Source of the DNA: Eledone cirrhosa
Taxonomy: Eukaryota
Assembly: GCA_964016885.1 (NCBI GenBank)
Contig: OZ024740.1
Location: 84,816,001 to 84,880,000, forward strand
Direction of reading: 5' to 3'
Length of the DNA stretch: 64,000 nt
Shown: positions 26,604 to 40,045 of the stretch, one piece after another
How the letters are laid out: each line of letters opens with the position of its first letter
Numbering within the stretch: position 1 is the stretch's first letter
Notes under the pieces: model-generated
Databases searched by the model: none
Seen by the model: only the letters and a program-made list of their open reading frames with translations
What the model was told of the DNA's origin: nothing
Translations under genes and position numbers: made by a program

Positions 26604-27825
26604 CTGAAACAGGTAAAAATATACATATATCAATAAGCTGTTGTAATATGTTTGAAATTACAAAATATATGGCAGCATTGTGGCTGTACTGTTTCTGAGA
26701 ATACTTAACCAACCACTTTACAGAATGACTTTCTCGATAATTTTTCTACTTCTGACTCCTGTTAAGCTTGTAAATTAAAAATCTTCAAGTCATAGAAAAA
26801 CAAATATATGGGAAAAGGGATGGTTTCTGAATAAACAAACTCTTTAATAATCAATTATTATTAGTACTAATCAAGTACTGGTGGTTAGTATAATAAACTA
26901 ACCTCTCCTCACAAATTTGTGACTTTGTGTGCTTATGTTAGAAGTGATTATAATAAGGTAATATGTCAATTACTGGAAGTCAATTTTTTCGTTTAATCAA
27001 TGCTGTATTAACTTCTAGCTAAGTTTGGAACAAGGGTTTCAGATTTTGATCATATGTGATGCACATGTATAATGATCACTGGGTGGTGCCAGGAAATCCC
27101 AGTGGAAGGAAGCCACAGTAGAGATTGACCAAGGAAGACTTGGGCAGAGGTGGTGAGAGCTGATTTCAAATCACACAAATCACAGGGAATCACAGAGGAG
27201 ATGATGAAGGAATGCAGCAAGTGGAGAGGTGTTATGCTGAAAATGACTTGCCCAACCAATGCAAAGGTGGAAAACAGACGTAAAAACAACAACAACGATG
27301 ATGATGATCATCATCATCAGCATCATTTAACTCTTAACATCTTGTAATGAGCTAGGAGATATCTAAAAATAGGTTTGTTAACTTAAATGTTTAGAGTATC
27401 TTTCCTAGTGAACAGACCATTGTGAAAATTTACAGTAAACTAAAATTAAAACGTATTTGTGAGTTTTAAATCGAATAATAATAATATTCAAATTGTTTGC
27501 AAGCAAACAGCCACATTATGCTATGTTTTTTAGATTATCATCACCTCCTTTTGTTTTAGCAGTCACAGAGAGAAACAACCGACAATAATATAGTTTCTGG
27601 GTTATTGCCCTTTGTCAAGATTGTGTATTTCTCTTCTGTGACTCACTACAATTATTGACAATATATAATGTTCATTAAATATACATCAGCTGATTAGCCT
27701 AATTTGTATACTGAGGGATTTTACAGCTGGCTTTGCCGAAAATTAAAAACAAAATTAGAATTTAGTTTTTCATTCTAACATAGCGTATACGTAAATATAT
27801 TTGTGTTTCATATCAAATAACAATA

Positions 27826-28043
27826 ATTGTTTCTACTGTAGGCACAGGGCCAGTAATTTGAGAGGGAAGGGAAAGTCAATTAAATTGACACCAGTGCATT
27901 ACTGGTGTTTTATTTTATCGACCTTGTAAAGATGAAAGGAAAAGTTAACCTCAGTGGGATTTGAACTCAAACGTAAAGGGTGATAACTCTATGCTGCAAA
28001 GCAGGGTGTCTGACACTCTACCAATACTGCCAATCCACTGCCA
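27826..28043 (-). mobile_element. Same SINE family, inserted in the centre of an older fold-back repeat
   Basis: Core sequence recognisable. The flanks are inverted copies of each other. Confidence 0.75.
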
Positions 28044-28512
28044 TCCTTTTGTTCTAGTTTGCAAATGAATTGAATATTATTTGATATAAAACTCATGAAC
28101 ACATTTATGTATCCACTATGTTAGAGTGAAAAACTAAATTCTAATTTTGTTTTTAAAATAAAAACATTGATTTGTAATGTGATGCAATCGTAATGCTGTT
28201 TTGTATTTTTCAAGAATATCTTGTTAATGTGGTTTCATGCGGTACAGGATTTTAAGAGTTAAACAACTCTGTTACCAAAAAGTGACTATCACAGATATAT
28301 CTGAAATCATTTTCTACTAATAACATTTATGTTGTTCTGACGACAAAGGAATGTAGATGGATCCCTTACAAAAGAACGACATCTTAAAATCATGTCTGAG
28401 AATACACCAGAGTTTAGTAGCTAGCATGATAAAGAGGATCAGCACTAATAGTCCACTCTAAAGTTGCCTAGACTTTGGAGCAGGGAAAACTTAGTGAGGT
28501 AAGTGAAATAAA

Positions 28513-28743
28513 TACAGTGTGAGTCATAAGTAACCGGGCAGTCAATGCATTTTTATTACAAGGTTCACAGATAATTTTTTTCAACATCCACTTATTTACG
28601 TGTGATCAGCCATTGTTATATGTTTTTTAGTTGCTTTTGTTTGATATATTTATAATTTCGTAAGATATGACTAGAATTTTAGTAAATATTATCACTTGGA
28701 ATATAAATGTTGGACTGCTGGATTACCTATGACTTACCTTGTA
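28513..28743. mobile_element. Tc1/mariner-type MITE
   Basis: TA-CAGTGTGAGTCATAAGTAACCGGGCAGTC at the left end; the reverse complement of the right end reads TA-CAAGGTAAGTCATAGGTAATCCAGCAGTC. Confidence 0.65.
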
Positions 28744-28883
28744 TTTGGTTTGAATTGCTGTAGGTTATTGGTTGAGGGGGATAGGACATGAACAATGAAA
28801 ATGTCCTGGGAAGGATAAAGATTTTAAATTAAAATTTAGATAATATTTATACCTTTCATACACACTTTCAGAGTAATACTTAC

Positions 28884-28978
28884 TGGTGTTTTATGCTGAT
28901 TCCTCCACCAGTTCCTGTACACCAATCAAGATGATAGAATTGACGGCACAATTCTGGTATCAAGTTGCGTGGATGTTC
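28884..28978 (-). CDS. APIP: APIP coding exon 2: [31 protein letters not shown](Q)
   Basis: Matches the APIP/MtnB N-terminal motif ([24 protein letters not shown]). aag acceptor, gtaagt donor, 95 nt, phase 0 to 2. Confidence 0.95.
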
Positions 28979-30012
28979 CTTTAGAAAAACATCAGTAGAA
29001 ATATCAAAAGTAAATTAATATGAAAACAATAAATCTAATAATAATACATTATTTAAAATATTTTCTTTCATTAATAAGTAAAAAATGAATAAAAGATATT
29101 ATATTAAAAACATTGGAGAGGTGGGAAAAGTTCAGCATATTAAATTTAGAGCTTAATTTCAATACAAGTTAGGTCAAATGTGTGCCATATATATCATTAA
29201 TGTAAAAGATATGAACACTACATCTTCTATTCTCTAAGAATTGAATAAGACTAAACCCAATTCTAGCCTCCACTGGCAGATGTCTTTGATTTTTTTAAGT
29301 ACTACAGAATATAACTATAGTGTTTTAGTTAACAGAAAATTTATTGACAGATATAAATATCTTGTTATTATATACAATATCTTCAGAGAGAGAAAAAATA
29401 AAGGAATTTGCCAGAATAGTTTAAATTCTGTCTTGGGATTTCCTCAGCAACTGAGTGCCATTTTTAACATGGAGACTGCTTGTAAAGCCAGAATTGCTAA
29501 GTGCTAAAGTAAATGGGATACATTAATTTGCAAATATAAGGCATTCTTGGCAATTATTATGATTAATAAATTGCCAGTGTGTTAACCATGTTTTGTTTCA
29601 ATGTAATACTGTACTCAATTTAACTTATGCTCCTGGATAATCAAGTACTAGGGTGATACAATGTAGAGAGGCCACTTTAACCCTTTGATAATCATATCTT
29701 TAAAGAAACATACAATTCTAATTTCCAGTTGATGTTGAAAATATTCAAGAATTTGAAGAGACTTTGCAAAATATCTAACTTTTTGATTCATTGATATATC
29801 AAACCAATGTTTTGTTCACAATTTAATAAAAGTTTTTCACTTAAAATTTTAATAGAATGTTTTCAATGAACATTTTTAAATAAATGATTTTGTATCATAG
29901 AACCAGGGTCAGTTTCAAACTGTTTTGTGACAAACAGCTTCTAGTATTTCTGGCACAATAATATACAACTCAATGTTATGAAGTCAATCAACATGGAAAC
30001 ACACATATTCAA

Positions 30013-30053
<41 letters not shown>

Positions 30054-30488
30054 CATATACATAAACTAGACAGAGTCATAGATATATATATATATATGTT
30101 TTTGGCAACCATTCACGGTGTGGCTCAATGACGAATTAATTAATTAAATAATTAACAATCAGAGCAATATATAAGAAAGTTAGTCCATAGAATCATTTGA
30201 TAAAATATATACAGTATTTCTTCTCCCAATCAGCATAATTAACCACATAAAAAATCAATTAAACGAGGCTATAAGTTTAAAATGTACTTATGAAGAATAC
30301 TGGGTAAATCTTCTGTGGTTGTGGATCGCGGATAAAATAGGTTTCATTTATTTATCTATTGTTTCTTCATAGGCACATTTTAAACTTATAGCCTCATTTA
30401 ATTGATTTTTTGGGGTGGTTGATTATGCTGATTGGGAGAAGAAATACTGTATATATTTTATCAAATGATTCTATGGACTAACTTTCTT

Positions 30489-30519
<31 letters not shown>

Positions 30520-30557
30520 ATATTAACAAATGGAAACTATATTTATAAAACCTTATT

Positions 30558-30623
30558 TATTTTATTATACATATTTCAAGGGCCACCAAGGCAAATTATG
30601 GTGCGCTTTCATCAGATAAAATA
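30558..30623 (-). ncRNA. Hammerhead ribozyme-like motif (slightly degenerate)
   Basis: Minus strand reads tattttat-CTGATGA-aag.gcacca...tggtgg..ctt-GAAA-TAT-GTA-taataaaata. Core boxes are intact; helices I and III are imperfect. Confidence 0.55.
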
Positions 30624-30850
30624 CAATACAGATTTGTTTTATAAATAAATATTGACATACTCTGAAAAAAGACAACCTTAATTTGCCTTGGTGGCCCTTG
30701 AAATATGTATAATAAAATAAATATGGTTTTATAAATATAGTTTCCATTTGTTAATATATTGTATATTTACTCCATTAATCTGTTGAGTGCTTTATATCAG
30801 TTATAAAAATGTTTAAGCTTGTTGAATCCCAACAAATTAAATATAACCTC

Positions 30851-30889
<39 letters not shown>

Positions 30890-33039
30890 CGTCCGAAACC
30901 TTAAGACCCTCTTCCTGCTATTTCAAGTGTTAAACTAATATATTCCTTCCATATACTGTACAGTTTGTGTTGTTATTTCTGTTTACCTTTTACATATATA
31001 TATATATATATATATAATCTTGCTATTTTCTAGTCTTGTTATACTTTTATCAGTGAAAGAACAACCATTTTCTGTCTATGACAAGACAATTTACATGGGT
31101 TGGATGAGTTGCCTCTAACACTGTCCTTCACCCTTTATGATCTTTTGTCATCTCCTTCAGAACCCTGATCTGATATTAGCTTTTACTAGATCTACCCATG
31201 TCTTCCTCTACGACAGGTTCCCAGGTTCTATCTATTGGGATTGCTTTACACTTCATTACTAAACTGCCATCCTCCATATAAATACCACAGTTCAGTCTAC
31301 TTTTTGGCACACTACATCAGATTCTTCTTATATTCAACATCATAAAACCTCTCCTTCACTTGGTGAGAGAATTCCTTTGTTGCCAGCAGAGGTAATCATT
31401 ACTTCAACTTTTTCCACATCATTCTTACACTGGTTACTTCCATCAACTGCTTCTAGGGAGCCTTCAGAATATTTCCTGGATGCTATTACAAATAACATCA
31501 ATTACATACAAAGTTTTCCTACATATACATATGTATGTAAATATCGTCATCATTTTTATATATGCTTTTCCATACTAGCATGGATCGGATGAGACATTTT
31601 ACAACAGTATCTTATGACTGGATGCCCTTCTTGATTAGGTTAGTCACCGTTTTTTTGCATGTTCAACAGTTGACCCATCAAACATAAACTAATATCACTG
31701 ACTGTGATGTCAAATGTTAAGCAAAGACATGAAAGGAAACATGCACACAAACATACACACATGCATGCATACATACATACATACATACATACATACATAC
31801 ATACATACATACATACATACATACATACATACATACATACAAATATGTAAAACATTCCAAAAATTCTGCATCTAATAACTGCATATACACTTGTACAGAT
31901 ACAAAACATATGCACATGCACACATACAACTCAAAACATACACATCCACACATACAATAACATCCATACCTGCACACACATCTACCTACTTGATGTGTAA
32001 ATTCCAATGAGAGAGTCTTCTATCTATCTTAGAAACCGGCTCTCTCTCTCAAGTGGCAAACATTTGTGAAATTATAAAATTCAAAATACCATATAATGCT
32101 AAATATTGATGTTTAAATACAATCTGAAATTAAAGATTACCCAAGCTGTGAACAACTTTACATTTGATTCTGATAAAACTTTGTCAAAACTCTTACAGGA
32201 GATCAATGTCTATTTTTAGAATTAAATACATCATTGAATAGGAAAAAGTCGTCATGGCTAAATGTATATCTCCTGTAACCAAATCACTGTATCAAAGATT
32301 TGTATGAAGCATATAGAATCTGACCCCCAAAAGTTTGTTTATGCAAAAGGTGAAAAATCTGTGAAACTTCAAAATCTCAGAATTAGGCTTTTCCCAAAAA
32401 CATTTAAATGAACAAAAATAATGTTTCATTGGGAAAGCAAACACAAAATAATATTGATGATAATAATAATGATGATGATGATCAAATTAACCATATCAAC
32501 ACTAAAAATATCATGGATTTTTAATACAAAGTTGTTACAAAGAAACTGTATCTACTCTCATAGAAGATATACCATCATATAAAAAGTTGGTGTACTCTAT
32601 GAACGTAGTTGGCTTCTCTCTGATATTTCACATCATGATGATACAGATGTATAAAATCAGATGGACAAATCTATTGTGTTTAGCCTCAGTTCCATTTACA
32701 TATTTGTCAATGGAGTGAGATTATTATGTCTTCTTTCATAGCTTTTCAGTGATTGCATTATCAAAGATCCTTAAAAATATCATCTGCTCTGGTTTCATGA
32801 GATATTCTCTCTATGTTCAAACCAGTTGTATCATACTGACGTTAAAGTATTGTCCTCAAAATAAATCATATAAAAATTTTGTAGATAAAGCCTTTACTGT
32901 GAAAATACAATAGTAAATATAGAGTAATGTGACTGCTAAAGGGTTAAAATAGCTGCAGGTATATAGTGAGGTGTGCTTCTGGTTCCATTGTTTTCAAATT
33001 TTACATCAAATTCGTTTTTGTCAATAATGTTATAGAGCT

Positions 33040-33390
33040 ACATTTGAAAGTGTGTGTGTGTATGTGTGTGTGTGTGTGTGTATGTGTGTATAGCTAGATC
33101 TGAATGTGTATGAGTAGCTACATCTGAATGTGTATGTGTAACTACAGTTGAATGTGTGCGTAACATCGGCATATGCATGTGTGTGTGTAACCACATTTGA
33201 ATGTACAGTGTATGTATGTGTAACTGCATTTGAGTGTGTTTGTGTAACTACACCTGAAATGTGTGTGTGTGATGTTATATTGGAATGTGTCTGCGTGTAT
33301 CAAGCTACATCAGAATGTGTGTGTGTGTGTGTGTGAAGCTACATCTGAAAGTGCATGTGTTTGTTTGTGTGAGTGTGTGTGTGTAACTCC
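33040..33390. repeat. (TG)n tract punctuated by an actacatctgaa-like unit
   Basis: Recurring ctacatctgaatgtgt motif; also at 33740-33845. Confidence 0.75.
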
Positions 33391-35961
33391 CTTTGGATGT
33401 ATGTATCGAGATCTTTGGCGTTTGCAGTAATACTGAAGACCCACATTCACATGCACACGGACAGAAGCATACATCTGGTATGCACCTCTTAACCACTATC
33501 CTCTCTCCCCATTCCATATACCTCCCACACCCTAACACCCCACCTACATCTGATCACAACACTCTTACTCTGTAAAGTTGTCGTGTTGGTATCATGACAA
33601 AAAGCATCCAGCCATAGAAACCAAACAAGAAACAGTTCTGTATAAACAAGACAGTCACCTGATCCAACTTGCCTCAAATGAGACAACCCATCTAACCCAT
33701 GCTAGTGTGGAAAATAGACATTAAATGATGATGATGATGATGTATGTGTAACTATATCAGAGTCTGTGTGTGTGTGTAATTAAATCTGAATGTATATATG
33801 TGTGTTACTACACCTGAATGTGTGTGTAGTTAGATCTGAAAGTGAGTTTGTCTCAAACCCATAGGCTCATCAGGCTCAAGCTTATACATGTTTGACATGG
33901 TGTTGTCTGAGAGTACAAAACTCCGCCTCCCCACCAACACCAGATAAGACACCAGTCCATTACAGGGTTAACCACTAGTTACTGATACTGCTGCTGCTGG
34001 TACTCATTTTTCAGCTGAGTAGGCTGGAATAAGAACACAAAGTGCCACTTAACCCAGGAATTGAACCCACAGCCTTATGATTATTAGCCCAACATGCTAA
34101 CCTCTAGGCCACATGACTCCACTTGCATGCATATGTGCAATGTGGATGTAACATAACCAAATGGTTAAGAAGTTTGCTTCACAACCATTAGGTGTTGGCT
34201 TTCATCTCACTACATGGCATCTTAGGCCAGGTGTCATCTACCATAGCTTTGGGTCAATCCATGCCTTGTGAGTGAAACAGGGTAGACAGAAACTGTTTGG
34301 AAGCCAATCAGATGGACTGTACCTGTAATTCAACTGGCCAACCTTCTCACACACTGTATCATGCTGAATCTCCCTGAGAATTACGTTATGGGTACCTGTT
34401 TCTATGGAATGCTCTGCCACATACACATTAATTCCACAAGCAAGCTGTTCAATTGATCGAACAGTGAGAACACTCATTGCTGAAACTGACAGAGGTCTTT
34501 TCCATATGGGTAACATGAAAAAAAACATCTGTGCTATATGTGTACTAGTGGAATAGTACAAATACTACTGTGCTACATGTTCAATATTTCACACAATTTG
34601 AATAGATCTTTCCTGTTTGAACCATCTTTATTAAGGACTGAATCTATTTTACACAGAATTAATTAGACCTATTTTGCACTGAACTAAGATTACACATGAT
34701 TTTAAAAAATTAGGATTTACCTTTGTTTTCAACATCCTTGATTTCTTTCAACATTCTTTTTTCTTAATGAAAGTATTTTTAATTTGGTTTCAATTTTCTG
34801 AATCAAACCTTTCAGTAGTAATTCCTCTTTATCATTGTTCATTTATTCTTTTGGAGTGATTGTTTGCTAAAGACCTTGCATTGTTGTATGTATAATACTT
34901 ATGTCTGAGAAAACTAGCCAGCTTGAATTAAACATCATGGATGCAGTCCAAATTATTTAAGAAAATACAATACAGACAAGATGGAGTAAACAAAATAAGA
35001 ACAATCCAGTGATTTATCAGTTGTCTCTAACTCCTTTCTTCCTTCCTTCATTGAAGCCTCAACTCTTGGTGGAGTTATAGAGGCAATGTAATGACATACA
35101 GCATGTCTTTAACATTTTAAACCTAATGGAGCTCATCCTACTACAGGTCTTCCCAGAGCTAATTTCTAACAGAGAGAAGATGAAAGAGTGAGGGAGGAAA
35201 AAGAGAGAGAGGAAAAAATGAGACAGTGAGAAAGAACCATCATCCATACTGGACTGGTACTTTATTTATTGACAATGTTGGTGCCACAACAAAAATCATC
35301 CAGTCTACCCTGTAAAAATGGTAGTTGCTGATGCCACAAAAAATACTCCCAGTACAAGCGGTTAAGAGATTAGCACTAGGAAGGGCATCCAGCGAAAGAC
35401 ACCTAAGCCCAAAACAGAATGTATGAGCAAGACATGGTCACCTGTCAATCCATCAAACCCATGCAAGTATGAAAAATACACATTAAATGATGATGATGAT
35501 GATAATGAAAGGAATGATAGGTAAAGCTGATCTAAACAGTAGAGTACAGAGAGCCAGAACAATTACTACAAAGCTATCTATCCAATACTCTAATGACATT
35601 GCTAATTCACCACCTTTACCTCTAACTGTAGAAAGGATAACTTGCTGCATGAAGGAAATTATTTAAAGATTATTAAGAAATATTTCTGCTTAACATCAGT
35701 CATGCTACAAAATGCTAACCCAGCCTGGATGTTTGTAACAGAGTGGAACTCACTAATGGCACACACATGCCAGGGGATGATATTAACTGAATGACCGAGT
35801 AAATCTACCATCCAAGGACAAGAGCAATCCCTCCAATGAACCTTCACACATTTTTTTCTTTTTGCCTACCACATTTCATTTGCTAGGCTTTGATCATCCT
35901 CAAAATTACATTAGAAATCACTTTCCCAGGGTACAGTAGTGGGATTGACCCTGACTCTTGC

Positions 35962-36181
35962 TTAATCTTTTAGCATTTAAACCAGTCGTATCCAGCCAGA
36001 ATTCTCTCACCTCTTTCAGTTCAAATTGGCCATAACGGGCAACTCATACCAACATTAAGGTATTGTTCTCAAAATAAATAATATCAAAATCTCATAGATT
36101 CGATATATATTATGTGAGGTAAAGCCTTTACTGCAAAAATACAATAGTAAATATAAAGTAATGCAAATGCTAGAGGGTTAA
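35962..36181. mobile_element. piggyBac-type MITE copy
   Basis: TTAA...TTTAGCATTT / AAATGCTAGAGGG-TTAA, with internal sequence shared with 2494-2709. Confidence 0.75.
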
Positions 36182-36881
36182 GTTAGAAACAACATAGTTT
36201 CAAGGTTAACTTCTTAACCACACAGCCATACTTAATGTTATGTAAAGTACCATATATTTGGGCTAGTCATTATCTTAAGTTTAAAATGGTTAACAGTAGT
36301 GATCTGCTATTGCTGAGTATTGAGAATTCCTATTGGCAGTCATAAAATTGTTATGACATCTCTAAAATGTCTAAGGAAACAAAAGACTAAAAAAGAAAAA
36401 ATGGGAAGAATAGAGCAGTAATAGTATATGAGGCATGCATGTACATAAATAAATATATACATATATAAGGCATATATATATTATAGTTTACAGGATATGA
36501 ACAAGCACATATAAATATAATGTACACATGTGCACACACACACACATGTATATATATATATCATCATCACCGTTTTACGTCCGTTCTTCCATGCTAGCAT
36601 GGGTTAGATATATATATAAAGTGATTATATATATATATATATATAAAGTGATTCAGTGAATTACTGGTGGTGGTACCAAAACAAGCACTCTATGCATAAG
36701 CAGAGTATATATATTAGAAAAAATGAGGAAGTTTCATTTACCTGTATAACATTTTTATTGTGTTTCGCAGAGCATTGGCTCAAGGTCAACCCATAGGAGT
36801 TATTGACTCAAATCCATTATCGATCTACTCATCAGATTGATGATGTTTTTTTTTTGTTTTTTGTTTTCATTTGTCACATCA

Positions 36882-36971
36882 CCAGTCTGATGAGCAGATC
36901 GATAATGGAGTCAGGTCAATAACTCCTACGGGTGATCTTGAGCCAATCCTCTGCGAAACGCACGTAACAGG
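36882..36971 (+). ncRNA. Type I hammerhead ribozyme (Penelope pLTR-type)
   Basis: CTGATGA (36887-36893), helix II GCAGA/TCTGC closing a long loop, GAAA (36955-36958), minimal helix III AC-gcac-GT, cleavage triplet GTA (36964-36966), helix I ccagt/acagg with one mismatch. AATAAA at 36981. Confidence 0.75.
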
Positions 36972-37637
36972 TTGATACACAATAAAAATCTTATACAGGT
37001 AAAATTCCGTTATAACGAATACCATTATAACGAATTTTTCAGTATAACGAATTTTTTTTTCAATCCCCAGCCACACGCTCGATGTGTTAGGTCGATCTCG
37101 TTATAAAGAATTTTTCGTTACAACAAATTTTTTTATACTCCATGAATTTTGTTATAACAGATGTAAACGAAACTTCCTTGTTTTTTCTAATATATATATA
37201 TATATATATGACCGTATGGAAGCGAGATGCAGACCGTATGGAAGCGAGATGCAGACCCCCTGGCTTGTCTGGGAGGTCAGTAGCCCTGCTTCAGTATTGA
37301 CTTGGTCTATGTAAACCCATCTAAACCTTGCTATCAGAGAAAGTGGACATTAAATGATGATGATGACGATGATGGTGATTATGTATGTATATGCAACGAA
37401 AATATCGGTGGTAAAAAAAAAAGAAGAGTGTTTTATCTAGTGAAGAGAGCTAATTTATTATGATCCATACACGGAACATGTATTGTATTACCATAGGCAT
37501 GGCAGCAACTGCAACACTTTGGCCTAATTCATCAGGCACAGAATATCTCAATGAGATCTTGTTTTGAAATTGCATGTTGAAAAGGGCCATAATCCCCAAA
37601 ATATGTTGCTCCATTTTCTAAGGGAGATGACTCTTGT

Positions 37638-37863
37638 TTAATCCTTTAGCATTTAAACCAGCCGTATCCAGCCAGAATTCTCTCACCTCTTTCTGTATAA
37701 ACCAGCCACATACCAACGTTAAGGTATTGTTCTCAAAATAAATATCAAAAACTCATAGATTCGATATTATGTGAGATAATTACGTGAAGTAAAGCCTTTA
37801 CCGTGAAAATGCAATAGTAAATATAGAGCAATGTAAATCGTAAATATGGAGCTAAAGGGTTAA
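37638..37863. mobile_element. piggyBac-type MITE copy
   Basis: TTAA-TCCTTTAGC...GCTAAAGGG-TTAA with the same internal sequence. Confidence 0.75.
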
Positions 37864-38264
37864 TAATATGAATTGCTATTATGTATGTTTGTGTATTCAG
37901 TTTGTTGTTTATAATTCAAATCAATTGATAGTGTGGTCTAAGTAATTGAAAACAGTGACATGCAGAATAGAGTATTATGTGTAGGAATTATGGCAGATGC
38001 AGCACATCTATTTATGATGACTGGGTGTCTGGACCATAAAAGTAGGTGTCTCTTGAGGTGTAAGCAGCCATCATAGACCTTGTTCTTTGTGTGTAGGTAT
38101 TTTTTCGATGAGTTCAACCTCTGTAGAATCCTGAATTTTTCACTAAGACCAAGGAAAACATCTCTTTATCCATTGATGTATGGAATGGACATTTACAGGA
38201 TTCTCCACTTTATTTGATGGGCTACTCCTTTATCTTTTAACTGCCAGGCTTGTTTTGCTAGGGT

Positions 38265-38440
38265 TATCATCATTTCAGGGTGCCTAAAGTTTTTTCTATG
38301 CCCATTCCATGAGTTAAAAAATAACTGCTAAAAACAAACCTGCTGAAGATCCAAGATGCTCTTGCAGGATAAAGGAAGACTGCCTTTTGCAGCAGAGCTG
38401 TAATTTCAAGTCCATTGTGCAAGAGGCCAAATTTGCAACA
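38265..38440 (-). mobile_element. Possible 3' end of an R4/Dong-like non-LTR element
   Basis: LEITALLQKAVFLYPARAS resembles the LQKA.LLGTARI C-terminus of restriction-endonuclease-type non-LTR elements. Short and degenerate. Confidence 0.35.
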
Positions 38441-39769
38441 ATCACCACCACCCATGTAGAGAACAGTGAAAGATATGTGGGTATGGTACAAGGTCAACTT
38501 AAATAATGATTCTACTCGCATGTCTCTTTCTTTAGGCACCCTGAAATGAGTGCACATATAGAAATATACGTAAACACTCATATGTGCACACATGCACATG
38601 CATGCACACACACATATATATACAAACATTAAATTTGTTTTTAATATTTATGACAGACATGTCATGTCTTTAAAAATAAAGTTCTATATTACATGTTATT
38701 TTATCATGTATCTGTATGTAAGTGAAAGTAGTTTTTGAAATTTTACATATAGCTGAATCTGTAAAACTAATGCAAGAAATTATGGAAACCTCAACAGGAC
38801 AACTTGTTAAGCCAGAATTATAGTTATACATATATGGCAAAGTAGGACATGAGCTAGTCACTCACATAGTCAATCAGGTTATAGAATGCGTCATATCAAA
38901 TGAAAGGTGTAGCGATATGATTATGATCTACTACAATAGTGGTATGATTGTCAAATGCACTAGAGAAAGACAATTACAGTGGTATCAAATTATTGGATCA
39001 GGTTATGAAAGTCACAAAGTTATTGTACAGAATTAATCATGCTTATGTATAAAGTCTGATGTTACAGATTGGTCTTGAATATGGAAGGTGTGTACCAGAT
39101 TGAAATAAATAAAGTAAGCATTTCACTGGATGTGTTAGTGTGGATGAAAAATAGAAAAGAAATGAGCTGAGAAAAGTGCTGGATATAAGAAGAATCTGAT
39201 ATAGCGTGCAAAAGAAAAGACCATGTGAAGCTTATGGACGGTGTCAGCTGCATAAAAAAATCCTGAGTGCTTGAAAGGAGACCTAGGAAGACACGGAATG
39301 AAGTGGTGAAGACTTATCTCAAGAGGTTGAACCTCATAAAGAAGATGACAAAGAACTGATGATTGGTGATGTGCAGTGCTGGAGAAGATCCACACTGGTG
39401 CAAGCATTACTCCTTTCCCAAATATTACACACACACTCTCTTTTCTGTTTACCCTCTTGGCTACATTTGCCTAGAAAGAATGAAGACAATGTATAATACA
39501 GTAGACTTTCTCATAACTAAATGCTCCCAGTATACTGTATAAAGTATCTTATGAATGATCAGAGACAGCACAGAATAGAAGAAATTCTAGTCTTGTTGAG
39601 GACATAATAACTTTAGTGTTGGTGACATGCTAACATGCCACCAGAAAACTCTGTAAAGTGATTGTTGATGTTAGGAATGATATCCAGCCATAGAAACCAT
39701 GCCAAAAATGAAACATACACATGAGACATATATGCCATAGTAAAGACAAAAAATTTAGCTGTTAAGAAA

Positions 39770-40045
39770 AACATCCAGTCCTAAATAAATGAGGTTGTGT
39801 AGGTGTCACGACAAAAAAAAAAACACACACTCCATGCTGTAATGTGGCTGTGTAGGTAACATGGTAAAAACCTCCCAGTCCACACTGTAAACGTGGTTGG
39901 TGTTAGGAAGTGCATCCAGCCGTAGAAAACCTGCCAGACAGTCCTATACGAGCGAGACAACCAATCTTGCCTCAAGTAGGACAATTCCCGTCTAAACCCA
40001 TGATAGCGCGGAAGATAGACGTTAAACGATGATAATGATGATGAT
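39770..40045 (+). mobile_element. RTE LINE 3' UTR fragment
   Basis: Matches 8660-8934, including the (GAT)n tail. Confidence 0.8.

Noticed and set aside
34720-34870. Possible alternative APIP first exon ending at a gtaaat donor
   Set aside because: The open reading from the nearest ATG ends in phase 1, incompatible with phase-0 exon 2; the other frame hits a stop.
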